Of a stretch of DNA of 64,000 bases, positions 41,101-56,100 are shown in pieces. Origin of the DNA: Owenia fusiformis (lineage: Eukaryota); assembly GCA_903813345.2 (NCBI GenBank), contig CAIIXF020000001.1, positions 22,382,001 through 22,446,000 on the forward strand, given 5' to 3'. The position numbers and the translations under genes are program-made. Position 1 is the stretch's first letter; every line of letters begins with the position of its first letter. Below the pieces are notes generated by a model, which saw only the letters and a list, made by a program, of their open reading frames with translations, ran no database searches and was not told the DNA's origin.

Positions 41101-44100
41101 ATTGCCAGTTTACTTTATCATCCTCAGCTTCGTGATCTTTACACCGCGCAGAATCATCCCTGGATGAACAAACGTCATCAATTGTCAACATCGTTGATTC
41201 TAACAGTGTGCATCGCTCCTCCAAAATCATGATTCTAGTTTCCATCTTTAATTGAGGATAAAGTTTGTCCGTTTTTAAATCACTTAAGGTATTTTTACGA
41301 AGTTGATTGATGCAAGCTTTTCGCAGATTTTTTAGTTTGTATTGTTGAGCCAATAGGAGTCCCTCGACTGTTAAGGTAGTCGCCAAAAGGAAATCTTCGC
41401 AGCGTTGTGTAATTTTCTTTATTTGATATTCATCAGCTAATGGAAGGAGGAATCGAACATTTGACTCTGGAAGTAAAAATTCAGCACTAGTACTACTTAC
41501 TTCTGATTGGTTATTTCTAATACAACTGGAGTTACTATTCAGTTTGACAGAAAAACTAAAAAATTGTAAGCTATGGACATTTTTTGATTTCTGAATAAAA
41601 AGAAATGTCACTTAATCTATATACAGATGGATCATCATATATTCAGTAAGGATAAGGGTAATTATTAAATATCATGAACTAAGTTGCATTGAACCCCTGT
41701 ACCCCCCCCCCCACCCCCAGCATACTGATGAACATAAACTATGCACTAGGTAGTACATACAGTTATAAGGTTTTGGTATCCCTTCTTCCCTTAGTATACT
41801 CCAATACATGATTTAAATATTTACCTGAGATTATGTTTTGTGTTGGATATATGCAATGCAGCAACTCAAGGACTTCAACTCGTTTCTTGCCATTTAGACT
41901 AATCTCCTTTGACTTCTGGTCATTCACAAACATTTTCTTGAATACGGGCGACCATTGGGCTAAGTAGGATTTGTGGACCTGCATTTAACAACCAACATTT
42001 AGATCCTACATATTAATCTCATATCAAAAATGTGATATTTACACATTATCTTTATGCTTAGATTTCCTCACTGATTTTTTAAAGATTGATAAATATAAAC
42101 AAACATTTTATTTGTGTTAGCTCACCCCTAAGAATCAGTGTAAACAAAGATAGCTACTTTTCTTTTGTATGTATAGTTGACGAATGTTTAAGTACTCCAT
42201 ATTCATTTTTAACACTAAAGTTTAAAGGTACACAACACAAACTGCACGAATCGTTAAAATACATCTAAAGAAAATGATGTTTTTTATAATTAAGTTGCCA
42301 AGGGTTGTTGAAAGATAAGAAAAGAGCAAATCAGTCTTAAATCTTTTTAAAAATTAATCAATGGGGAAGAGTGGACCACTGATAAAGTTCACTTACAAAT
42401 TGTTAAACTTTTACTCGACATTTAAGGACAGTTGTACACTGTATTTTTAAAACTCACCTTTTGAAATACTAATAAGACATACAATAAGATTCTAGATATA
42501 GACACTCCTCTTTCTATTTCTATTCAAAATATTTGTGTTTTTATTGAAAAATGTTACATAATTGATTTCCTGGTTTGTGTGCCATACTTTAAAAAAACTA
42601 TGTTCAACTTACATGTAATTTTTGATCTTCGACAATCAGTGTAATGTCGCTGAATTCATCCTTCTTAGTGAAATCAATGACATCATTCATGGTGTCGTCC
42701 ATTGACTTGTCCTCCTCTCTAGTATGCTCTGTACCCATGTGATGTAGCTCCTGGCCTGCCATACAATCAATACAGTTGGTCCTCTTAGGCTTGTGTACCT
42801 TTGCCAACTTACCACAAGGTTTAACTGTCAATATACTGTAGATTTGCTTGATTCCTATGTAAGTTAACACACCTGTGAGCAGTAGATAACAGGTGCGTAC
42901 AGGTGAGTTTAACTGTATAATGACAGGTAGTAACTTCACCTTAGAGAGTAAGTCAAAACCCATTGACATATTATCTTGATAAATGATCAGTGAAAATCTT
43001 CTCATTTATAGTAATATTATGATACATTATCAAAACAATTCAAGTCAAAGTAATTTATCCTTTTCAAGCCATCTTATTAACCTTTTGTTTTGATAAATTT
43101 TTCTTAAAAAAGAGGTAACCCAAGAGATCTTGACTAGTGTCTAGTTATGAAGGTTCACCTACTTATATCTCAAGATAAGTATTTTGATGGTGTCAATCTT
43201 CGAATATCATCTTTTCGTGTCAGTGGGTTAATCTCAAGTTAGCTTTTAGTAAAGTGACAGTTATGGGATTAACATTATTTATAACTCAACCACACTTGCA
43301 TTTGGCTATTCACCATGCCTATGAAACTACAGCAGGAAACTATATAATATACAGTGAAACCTGTTCATTGAAACACTTCAGAGTCCCAAGACCAACCTAA
43401 TGTTGATTAACCTCTTTAAGTGAAACACCTCCCAAGCTGAACACCTTTTAGAGGTACCAAAGGTGTTCCACTTAGACAGGTTTTACTGTATTTACAAAAA
43501 AATAGAAATACTAAAAATAACGTATAGTTTAGTTATCTCATGAGGTTAAAACACCTTTGAAACATTTAAATGCAGTATAACATTTGTAGACTCAAATATA
43601 GATATTAACATGGACTTCAAGTGGCCAGTCATTGAAATGTCAAAACTAGCATGTTTTAAGCCCGGTTTTAAGAAACTACTACATTGATGCAAATATGTTA
43701 AGGGATTGTGTCCAATTATCAATAGTTGTGGAAGAACAGTTTTATTTTCATTAGGGGAAGAGGTAGTAACTGATGATTACATCAGCAGACTAAAATGTTG
43801 ATTTTATTAATATTCAAGTGAAAAACCTATTTCCAGCATTAAATTTATTTTTAGGATAAGAGGGGGAGGAAAACTAGAACAAAATAGTTGTAATAGCAAA
43901 ATGTTGATAATAAGACACCAAGTCCATTCCTTTAAATTTATAATTTTTTACATTTCATAAGCAAAGATTAATACTTATTGATCATCCCTCGTACATGAAA
44001 TAGGAACTTGTGTGTTATTGTAAATATACTAAAGATAAGTATGATGCTTGATGAATGAGAATCCATTGATATTTAAAAGGAATTTAAGTTTTTATTAAGC

Positions 44101-47100
44101 TGAATGGCTTTTCCTCTCCTTCTCCTTCAGTTGACCATGGAATATAGTTGATGTAGCTGTTGAGCTGTGGTATCACATGGTATTATCCATCCTCCTAAGC
44201 AGGTGTCCAGAATCCGTACCTCCTTCTTCCCCCTGCTATAACCAATTTGGACGCGCCCGATTTAACTGAATCACGTGATCTAATTATGCGCAATAACGTA
44301 TACATGATTTCTGTAGCAGTGTTGCGACAGCCAATCAGATTGTGAGCTCTTAATCGGGGAAATGGTAACTGCTTATCGCAGGGGGTAAAAAGAAAGAATA
44401 CTGGATTTTGAAGCCCTGTGATCGGAGGATGGGACTTAATGAGGTTTCAGGTACATCACAGGATCATACACATAGAAAGAATATCTTCCCATGTCTAAAA
44501 CATGTCATAACATAACCCCATGTTATATATTGCAGAGTGAGTTCAGACCCATCATATTGGAATGCAAAACCTCATTATTCCAAGAATAAATGGTAATAGA
44601 TGAATTATCTCATGTTGTTAAGCATAGCAATTTTCATGTGTTTCAGATTGTTTCTAAAAAGCCAAATGGTCTTTTCCTAACTAGACTACCATTTGAGTAC
44701 AAGTCAATCCACGATGAAGTGTTTCCACCTGATGCTATAAAGTTATTGGACCAATGGGCAGATATAGTCAGAGTAGAGAGGTATGTTAAACAATATATTG
44801 ATACTGGAACTAATGTATCAGTGATCTCCCCAGCATTAAAGCAAGTGGGTGCAGCACCCACCTGAGATTTGAAAAACAGGCTTGCACCAACCTGAAAATC
44901 CATTTGTACCCACTTGAAATGAGAAAAATTATGAAAAATTGGCATATTTTGACTTATTTAAGTCTGTATTGTGAATATGAGAATTTTGCACTCACTTGAG
45001 GAAATATCCTGTGGAGAACACTGTATTATCTAGAAATTGAAGATTGCCAGCAATGTCACAGAGAGGCCATGTGAGAATGAATCCTACTTTGATAGTCTGC
45101 TCTTAGAATAAAAAAAAATTAGATTACTAAGATCTGGACATGATTGTAAGGAGTTTGGGTTGTCTGTTAGTTTGACCAATTTCTGCTCACTTTATGTTTA
45201 CAGAGGTCAGTTCGCATTGATAGCTTTCATATAACGGGTCATATATAGAACTTCACTGGAGAAATGTTTTTCAATATGTGTGCTCAATTCAAGATAACTG
45301 CCATTTCTCATATAAGATTTATCTTTGATACCACCCCTTGACATATTTAGTTGACGTTTTATACACTGATACCTTAAGGACATATGACTACTGCTCTTGT
45401 AGAAATTTTTTTTTCAAGACATGATTTTTTGATATTTAACAGTTATCAGACTTGGTCTTAATTTTACAGGTCAATTATATGCCTTATGGTCATAGAAGTA
45501 TGTATTTTGATTTATGACAATTTATCTGATTTTTTCAGTGGAGTTGGAGATATGAAAATTTTGTTTCCTGTTGCTGGTAGTTCCCCTGTAGTAGCCCCAA
45601 CCCCCGCCACCCAGCCAGCCCCCCAGAGAGCACCTCAAGATCCAGCCCCCTCAGCCAGAACTGTTGTGATGCCAGCAAAGGAGACTAATGGACATGCTTA
45701 CATAAATATTACTGAAGACGTGAGGGTGCCTCCCCCTCATCTTCCTTTAATCAGGTCTGTATCTTGTATCTTAGTTTGCATTTGAATTTCATTCAAGTTG
45801 AATATACATGTATACATGTACATACATGAATTTATCGTATGATCTGTAAAATGAAGCCTTCTGATTGGTCAGTTCTTGTGCTGTACCAATCTGTATTGGT
45901 ACTGAGATTGTCCCCATTGATCATCTCCGTCGCAATACAGAAAATATTGGTACGGAGGGGACATTCTCAGTAGTAATACAGAGGATCACACAATAAAAAC
46001 GTTATAGAATGATTTGAAGTGCAATACAGGATATATTCTGCTCGAGAAATTCTGTATTGGAACGAGACGAAGTCGAGTGCCAATACAGAATATCAAGATC
46101 GATAACTTATCAATCAATAACTTATAATACATGTGCACCCGGAGGTGTGGATATTACAATATTGTCCAGTTTTCTTATTTTTAGATACATGTACTGACTT
46201 TGAACTATTTTATTTATTCTTGGTATGACAATTTCTCAATACCTTTCTTAGTTTTATAGTCAATTTTGATCAGTTCTGATACAAAATGTACATCCTTCAA
46301 AAAGATAAGAGTGCTCCCTCTAAAATAAATTTGATTTCATGAAAACATTTTTGCAAGTTACAAAGTATTCTAAATTAAAAGTACCTGTGTTTGTATAATA
46401 TAATTACAAGTTATTATTCCATAATAGCATAGGGAATAGAAGTGATATTTGAAAAATCCTGTATCAGATTCCATATTCATATTCCATCCCTCCATTAAAG
46501 AACCTCTATGTTTAATGTTTATCCAACCTAATATCAACATCCTATGATTCTTTGTTATTTTCAGATCTAACTTTAGGGTGCTGATTAGCAACACTGAGTC
46601 TATAGATGACTTCTATGTTCAGATCAGCGCTAATTCTCAACTTCTCACAGAGTTTTCTAAGCAATTAAATGATATTTATGAAGTAAGCATATTTGACTAG
46701 TTGATATTCAATAAAAACATAATGATAAATACAGAATAGTAGGCAGTAAATGATATCACTCAAAATGGTACATTGCACAGATTTTATATGAGATTTTATT
46801 GTACAGATAACACAATGATAGTGAGATAAAATACAATATTTTTAATTGATTTTCATTTAAATTTTAACTTGGGCTATTTCCAATTTTTTTTTCTGCCTTT
46901 TAAAGTATTGACCTTAAATATCGCCCTAATTTTAAGTAGCTTTTTGAACATGTTTAAACCATTATGGATTTAAATCTGATGTATTTTCTGCGTCTATTAC
47001 TTACTTTAATTCTATTCTTGCCTATTCAGGCCAGTGTTCCCCCTAAAGTGCTATCAAAACCAGAGGTTGGGACTTACTGTGCAGTATGCTTTGAATACGA

Positions 47101-50100
47101 GGGTGAGCCTGGTTGGTACAGGGCGAAGATCACAGATTGCACATCGGGAATAGTAAGAGTCCTTTTATTTACCTTTCTTTACATTACAAAGTACTATTTT
47201 CTACAAGCTGTTTTTCTCAGATTTCATTAATGCTGATATTTTGTTTTGAGTTTGAAGATTCATTCAATATCATAGTTACTGTTTTATGGGTTCACCTCAT
47301 TGTTTACTGTATGCACATAATAGTACCATTTCTCTAGAAATGGAAACATATTTTATACCACCAGACACAAAGAGGTGCCCACAAAGCATCTTTGCACTTT
47401 ACACAGACTTTGTATTGTAAATGTAAAGAGATTTTATGGACACCCTGTATAATATTGTTTCACATTCCAGGAGGGCAACAGAGAATACACTGTGCTATTA
47501 TGGACACCCTGTATAATATTGTTTCACATTTCAGGAGGGCAACAGAGAATACACTGTGCTATTATGGACACCTTGAATAATATTGTTTCACATTTCAGGA
47601 GGGCAACAGAGAATACAGTGTGCTATTATGGACACCCTGTATAATATTGTTTCACATTCCAGGAGGGCAACAGAGAATACACTGTGCTATTATGGACACC
47701 CTGTATAATATTGTTTCACATTTCAGGAGGGCAACAGAGAATACACTGTGCTATTATGGACACCCTGTATAATATTGTTTCACATTCCAGGAGGGCAACA
47801 GAGAATACACTGTGCTTTATATAGACTTTGGTAATTCTGAAAAGATAAAGGCAAACAGACCTAGGAGGCTTCTCCCCAAGTTGGCTGAGGTCCCAGCACA
47901 AGCAATTAAATGTACACTTGATGGGGTATTCCCAAAGGGGGTATGTATTTTCAAAGTATGTCATTTGATCACCATTCATATGCAGTAGTAAAAGTTGCTT
48001 GTAGAATATTTTAGTTTACAAACACCCAATAGCAATATGTCTTAATCATGTTTTGTATTACTTTTGGGACATTCTGTATTTTGAATGAAATTAAAAGGGT
48101 TTTCATATGCAGAAGTTAAATTTTTAGACAAAATAGATATATTTTATAGACCTATACTGACCAGTAAATATATGTAGATCCATATTAGACCCTCAATAGG
48201 CCCATGATATGAACCCTTAAGACAGCCAAAAGACAAATGATAGACTTTGGTGTTTATTTGTGCCTTTCATTGATATTTTTCATGGTTAAAATTGTTGCAT
48301 AAACAATCTGAGAACAGCCATAAAATGGGAGAAACCAAGCTTTTCTGAAGAAGGTATGAAAGGATAATCTGGACATTAGGCTGTACTTCTCCCAATTTAG
48401 ATGTGGAACAATTTCCTAAATTTACTTCACCATTCAGACAAATTTGATGTAAATTGTGATATATATCTGCGTACAAAATTACAAAAAGTCCATGTAAATA
48501 AGTTTACAGAGTGCAATAATATCCCTCCAAGATTATTTCCAAGCTTGTCAAGCATTCATTGTAGATTGCATTGTGTATTGCTTAGCTTACATCATATGCA
48601 GTTCATGGGTAAGTATATAGTATAGCAAAATGAACATGAGCCAAGACTTATTTACGTGTATTCTTAATTAGCTGTTGTACCCAATTTTATATGTCTCCTA
48701 ACCCTACTATCATACCAAACTAGTTCTCACTACGTTCTCGAAAATGGGCTTCAACTGTGTACGAACGGACTGGACGTACTAAGAACCGTTTGGGATCTAT
48801 TTACAAACTTCATCGAACGTACTTGAACGGGTAGGTCCTCTAGAACTTAGACAATGCTCAAAATGTTTTCGTGGTCGTCACGTTCTACAATTAGAACGAG
48901 TGACAACGTACTAACGACGAGCTGGACGTACTACGAACGGAACCGTCGTACTTCAATCCTACTAGGGACGTTTTAACAACGAGTGGAACTGTCTGAGGAC
49001 GTGTTGAGAACGAGGTAGAACTCATTGCAAACGGGTTTAAACTGATTAAGAACGTATCTAACACTGCTTATGAACGAGTTAGCAAAAATATAGCTATCAC
49101 ACCAAACAGGTTGCCACTTCGTTCTTGAAAACTGGTTCTAAACTGTGTGCGAACGGAATGAACGTAGCTGCAACTTTCTAAGGTCTATTTACGAACTTTA
49201 TGAACGTTCTCAGACGGGAATGTGATTTTAGAATTTTGAATCGATTCAAAATTCGATTGCGACCATACCGTTCTGTTAACAGGTCATGATGACCTTCTAG
49301 ACTAAGGGACGCGTTCTACGGCGTTGCACACCGACGTGGTGCGACCTGAACGAACTGCGAACGAGATGGACGTATTGAAGACTGTTTAAGAACGAAGAAG
49401 CTAATTATTTCAGACATATTTCCAGACCACAGCCAGTTTGAGCCCGTCTTACGACGTTTTCGTAGGACTGGCAAGAACGGGTAAGAACGAGTTTGGTGTG
49501 ATAGGGGGGTTAGCCTACTATGAAAAGAATCAGATTCGTCACATGTGGCATAAATGATAGGATGCTCGAATGTTCTTTAATTTTCAAAAAACAGAGGCGC
49601 CATCATCAAATTAAGATTTTGTACTTTTTATCTTGTTATCTTGTATTTTATGTAGACATGCTAGCGTCTAATGTCTTAATGTTGTATTTCTAATCAAATT
49701 TGTCATTTTCATTTTTGATCAGTTTAATCAAAATCAGCGATGAGTACGACTAGAGTGACTTGATATTATGTACCAGCCAAATAACTTCCTCTTTTACTAA
49801 AAGAAGTATAAGAGGGGTGATCAATAAGTAATGGACTCTTTTTTACACCGATGCTTTTTATCGACCAATCTCTTCGATTTTCTTACCAGTGATACATCAT
49901 TCAATTATCTATCAACTCTGAGGATTTGAAAACAAAACATGTAATGTACAGGGTGGGCCAAAAAATTTTGCAACTTTTTTAAAAGGCTAGAAAAGTATCA
50001 AAACATAAGGGTATTGCCATAAAAAATTATTTACAGAAACTTGAGGATAGGCATATTTTACCAGTCAAATGCTAAAGCTAAAACTGGCTTAAATTTTCTT

Positions 50101-53100
50101 TGTCAGATCTTTGAATATCAATGGTCAATTGTTCATGTGTCCGAGATTTTCCATTTTTCCTAGAAAATGTGACTTTCTATGATTTTATGTGATCAACAAT
50201 AACACATTCATAATGTTCACTAAATCTGCTACAATCTTTGATAACTGTTTAAACAATGCCTACCTCAATGTCTAGTTTATATCAGTATCTAGTCACTATG
50301 GTATTATGTTATATTGTATTTATTAATTATCTATTAAACAAATGTTCTATGCATCCCCTTTCACCTTCCCTATCGCTCCCAGCCATCGGGCAAAAGTCAC
50401 TTTGGAATATCTGGAGGAGAGTAAGCCTTTATTCATTACTCCTGATGAATGGCTGCCAAATACCCCAGATGCCAACTCCTGTGACTATCACTATTGGGGG
50501 CACCTGGAGCAGCTTATTGCAGTTAATGGTAATCCCCCACAAACTATTTTTAAACTACAATAAGTTCTGCAAAAGAAGTGGAGAGAACTACCACAATAAT
50601 CGCTGGATCGCACCATTGACCAATTCCGCCCATGTCTCCTTGCGCACTGTAGAGAAGGTGAAAGGTGGATGCATAAAATTTGTTTAATAAATAATCAATA
50701 GATACATAATATCATAGTGACTAGATGCTGATATAAACTGTACTAGACATTGGTTGAACAGTTATCCAAGATTGTAACAGATTTAGTGAACATAATGAAT
50801 CTGTTATTGTTGATCACATAAATGAAACATTTTCTAGGAAAAACGGTAAATCTCGGACACATGAACAATAGACCATTGATATTCAAAGATCTGATAAAAA
50901 AATTGAAGTCCAGTTTAGCTTTAGTATTTAAATGGTAAAATATGCCTGTCCTTAAGTTTCTGCAAATAATTTTTTATGGCAATACCTTTATGTTTTGATA
51001 CTTTTCTAGCCTTTTAAAAAGTTGCAAAATATTTTGGCCCACCCTGTATTTTTATATATCTTTATTTCCATGAAGGATGTATAGGTACCCCGGGACCGAC
51101 ATGACGTCAAACATTCTGAAGCTATTTTAGCTTGTTTAACATACAATGCAGTTGAATGCAGACTGAACAAAACAAACCATTATGGTCATGAATTACCCCA
51201 TTTTGTTATGCCATAGTTGATTTCGAATATTATATCATCACTATGTGGTATTGATCATGCCAAATTCATTCTACAGGGCCCTCTACATAGGTTCCATCAA
51301 GTGCTACATGTACACAATTCCTCATCCTCTTAACTCAAGATTGTAAGACAAGGCTGAATGCATTCTCTGACATGGTAGCAAGATGCAGTTGCAAGGGTTG
51401 TCTTATTTCATCAATGTCAATAAACCTGCGTCCTTTCTCTATAGAAATAAGTAGTATAGAAATTAATAAGTCAAATGTGACCAGATCCGGACAATATAGT
51501 CTAATATGGTGAATTAGCCAAGAGCTCAATTTTGAGGTCCAGGGATATTGTTTTCTGAACATTTTGAGATATGTGGGCAGGTGCATTGTCCATATGGAGT
51601 AGGGTGTTCCCTTCTCTCACCACCCCTTTCTTCCACAATGCTTTCTCAAATTGACCTGCAAACCCCTTCCATACAACACTCTGATATCACAATACTTTCT
51701 GTTTATGTGTAACCAGTCAGCAAAATATTTCAAACAACACAACACTTGTTGCATATAAAAAGTTCAAATCTAACTGAAATTTGCCGAACTAGCTAAAAAC
51801 TGAATATGTGACGTTAATGTCGGTCCCGGGGTACCTGTACCTCCTTCATGGAAATAAGGATATATCAACATGTATTATATATTTTGTTTTCAAATCTTCA
51901 GAATTGATAGATAATTGAATGATGTATCACTGGTAGGAAAATCAAAGGGATTGGTCTATAGATAGTACCTGTGTAAAAAAGCGTCCATTACTTATTGATC
52001 ACCCCTCGTTTGTAAATATTAAAGGCATCCTCATTTTTAGTATAATATGATATAACAGAGAAATATGCTGTTCAATATTCGACACAAAGAGCACCTTTAG
52101 CCTACATTAGCGCCCTTTACTTTATTTTTGACATTATGTTGTTTTTGTTACAGGGGGATAAATGGTCTGATGAGGCAATAGATGAATTTACAAAGGCAAC
52201 TGTTGAGCAGGAGCTGATCATTGAAATTATAGACATTGAGGGTAAGTGGGTTATTGATAAGATAGTAATTAACACATAATTGCAGAATTCTATTCCATTA
52301 TTGATAAGTTAAATCAGAATTTCATGTATAGAACTGAAACGCATATAAAGGACACATTTCTTGTAACAAAGGAGTACTTTTCATGTCACAATCCTTTTAC
52401 AAGTGCATTTGTATGGTGACAGCTGTGTATATCTGGTATGATAATTTCAGAGATTTCCTATGTATTAATGGTATATTTTAGTGTAACTTTAGCACAATTA
52501 TGATTTGATAAAAGAGCACTTGTGTGATAATAACCCATAAGTAATCTCAGTCATAAACAAAATATTTGTTATTTCTTGTATAGATGGCGTGTGTGTAGTT
52601 GAGATGTATTTACCAGACTCCGATACATACATCAGTGATTTACTTCATGAAAAAGGTTATGCTGTCAGAACTAAAGAGGTCACTTTACAAGAACCAGGTG
52701 AGACTTAATAGCCACATTGAAATACTGTAAATTGCAAGCTCTTGGGAGTTTTTAACCCTGGGTTTTTAACTATGTTTACCACTCACTTCCTACCTGACCT
52801 TCAGTGTAGATTTCCAGTAGAATATGTTTGTAAACTACAAAGTCCCAACAATTTTATAATGAAGTAAAATGTGGTTAATTTATTGGAAGGTTGCTTTTAG
52901 AACGTACCAACACTCCATAAACTTAAATTGCCTATGATTAATATTGATATTATTACTTTAACACCCATTGGATATATGGATAACTGGATCACTATAATGT
53001 CACTGGTTGTGTTTGATTGTAGCTCCACTAAAGCTCCCTGAAGACAACATGTGGGACGTCTATGTCACCTATATATCCAATCCCACCAGTATTATGATCA

Positions 53101-56100
53101 GACTCATTGGAGAAGAATATTCAGTAAGTTGATAAATTCAGCATTATCTAGTTTTGCATGGGTACCCCCCTCCCCTAAACTTATCAAAAAACTTGTTTTG
53201 TTATGATATTCATAGATATATAGATAAGTAAAGTTGTTCAAGAGTATCTCTTTCATGTACATGTAGTACATTACCCATCTAACTGTGCCCTCATTTCAAG
53301 GGCATTCAAGATCATTTCAAGGATTTTGAGTAAGCTCTGAATTCTGTTTTCAAATAATTTCCTAAAATGTATGCTTTTATTACTGTCTTATATTAGGACA
53401 ATGGTTATTTATTGCAAATTGAAATCCTGTGGAATAGGCATTTTCCATCCAGCATTAATTAAACCTGCAGAGTGTAATTATGGTATATTTGCAGGACAAA
53501 CTGAGCACTCTTGAGGAAGAGATGGATGCATACTATGCCAAGAACCCCCATGAGAAACTCACGAATCCACCAGAAGTTGGCAATGTATACACATTCTTTG
53601 ATGAGGACAGCTTATACAGAGTACGGGTCCTCAAGAGCCCAACTGATGAGGTAAGAATGATGAGGTGGATGTGAACATGAGGTTAACTTTTACATGCGGT
53701 TAAGTTTTACATGAGGTTTACACAAGGCTGAGGTTAACATAATGTTAAAATTTACTGTATTTGAATATCAGTTTTCCATGCTGTGGTCTAAAATGTGGAT
53801 GATATGTCAGGTGTGTTTCACTATGTATACTAATAATATGTACATGACACAGTTTGGTCTATAATGTGTTCTATATTACAGTAGAACCTGTGTAAGTGGA
53901 ACACCCTCTGTTCTGCCAAATAGCATTCTACTTTGGAGGTGTTCCACTGACGGAGGTTTTGGGTTTGTACTTGATGTGTTATATCATTATTTGATGTGGT
54001 CTGTACTACAAGTTATGTTTTATGTTACAGGGGGTACAGTGTTTTTTCTTAGACCATGGTGACACAGACTATGTTGAACTGAAAGAATTCTATCACATGA
54101 AACCAGAATTCCTCAAGCTGCCATATCAGGTATTTCTGCATCCTTGCATCAAAACTCTTCTTTAACTGTCAACTGTCAATATGTCTTGTACATGTACGTA
54201 TCTTTATTTCTTCTCTAGAGCATGGATCAACTGTGTTGCTTTTAAAATTATTCTAAAACTTGCCCCGACATGTGTATTTGAATTGTATGGATGTACTGTT
54301 TGCATGTACATGTTCAATACTGTACAGGGTGAGCCATTTTATTTTGCTTTTTCTAAACTGATGTAAGTATGGTCTCATCCTCTTAAATGAATTTATGTAT
54401 GTCCTTTACATGTACTTTATGTTTGGCTTGATATTGTAAACTGTTATAAGTCTTGAATCCTCCATGAGTCAGTATTCTGACATGTTGTTTTCACAGGCGA
54501 AAGAGTGCAGTCTTTGTGGCCTAAATCAACTTACCAACAATGAGAAAGTCTTAGACAAACTAATCAGTATGGCCCTTGCTAAATGCTGCATTGCTGAAGT
54601 GGTGGAACGGTAGGTATCATTTGCCCTATTTGAAATTACTCATTTCTGAAAACCCCAATGTTTAATATAGATATGAAAGCACAGTGTTTTAAGAGGACAG
54701 ATCAAAGAGTAATTATGAAACAGGCCAAGTAAAGGAAACACCTAAGAGCACAAACTGTCATCCAGAAGACAAAGCATTGAGCTTATTTCTGGGAAGCACC
54801 CTGTAATAGGGTAAAGTAAAATAATGCTTTTTGCAACAATGCTGAAATGTATTTAAACTAGAAAAAACTATTGATATGACAAAATGGCAAATCGGAGAGT
54901 GTTATTTCAATGAGGTGAATAATATTTTATTTACTACATAAGGATGAGCAAATATCTCTGAGGCACTCACTCATAAGAAAGAGCACGGCTGAAAAAAAAC
55001 TGCTTTTTGCAACAATACTGAAATGTATTTAAACTAGAAAAACTATTGATATGACAAAATGGCAAATCGGAGAGTGTTATTTCAATGAGGTGAATAATAT
55101 TTTATTTATGACATAAGGATGAGCAAATATCTCTGAGGCACTCACTCCTAAGAAAAACAAACTATTGATATGACAAAATAACCAAACAGAAAGTATGATT
55201 AATATTTTATTTCTTGCATAGGGGTGAGCGTATTTCTGTGAAGCTCTTTGATACATCAGGAGAAGAAGATATATACATCAATGATGCAGTCACTGTTGAT
55301 GTTCTTGATACAGACCTCGCACCACAAATACCAGAGGTAATTAAAGTGACAATGCTAGCTGAATGCTAAGTAACTGATATCTCAGATTTAAACATGATAT
55401 ATATTACCAGAGTGATGAATTTACACAGAAATGAAATATAGTTTTTGTCATTTACAGGGTGTCTCGAAAGTATGGGGCCCTTCTAGACAGGCATATAGCA
55501 GTGTCTTCATAGAATGCGTCATATGTCATTTTAAAACCTATCCAAAGTTACATTGATTCACCAAGTGTCATGGTTCAACTCTGAAATGTGAAAAAATTAC
55601 AGGCATTTCAAAATTTAGTGTTTGGCCAAAATTAAGTTCAATTTTACACCAAATTACTCGTTAATGTGTCCTCCCGAGCCATCAGAACAGCAGCAATTCT
55701 TTTCGGGTCAGATGGATATTGATTTGGAAAAAGAGAACGGTGAGGGTAGAAACTCTAAGGAAACTCTCCTAAAGTGCTGTAAAAGGTTTTAAGAGGAAAA
55801 ATTCCACACCCCTTCTATTTGAAGGGCTTTTAAGGTCATATCTGAAAAGAATTGATGCTTTATTTTGGCCAAACACTTAATTTTAAAATTACTGCAACTT
55901 TTTCCCATTTGAGAGTTGAACTTAACCATAATACTTGGAAAATCAATGTAACTTTGGATAAGCTTTAAAATGATATATGACACTTACTATGATCACTGAT
56001 CATGATTACTTTCTGATTATTGTTATAAGACCATTATTGCAGAGTAGCTAGAGCAAGTGACATTTTTGGCAATAAGATATACGGTCACCTATTTCCCATA

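Noticed and set aside
32272-47820. CRISPR-like appearance of the 31-bp and 64-bp arrays
   Set aside because: Head-to-tail repeats without unique spacers, no cas genes, eukaryotic context.
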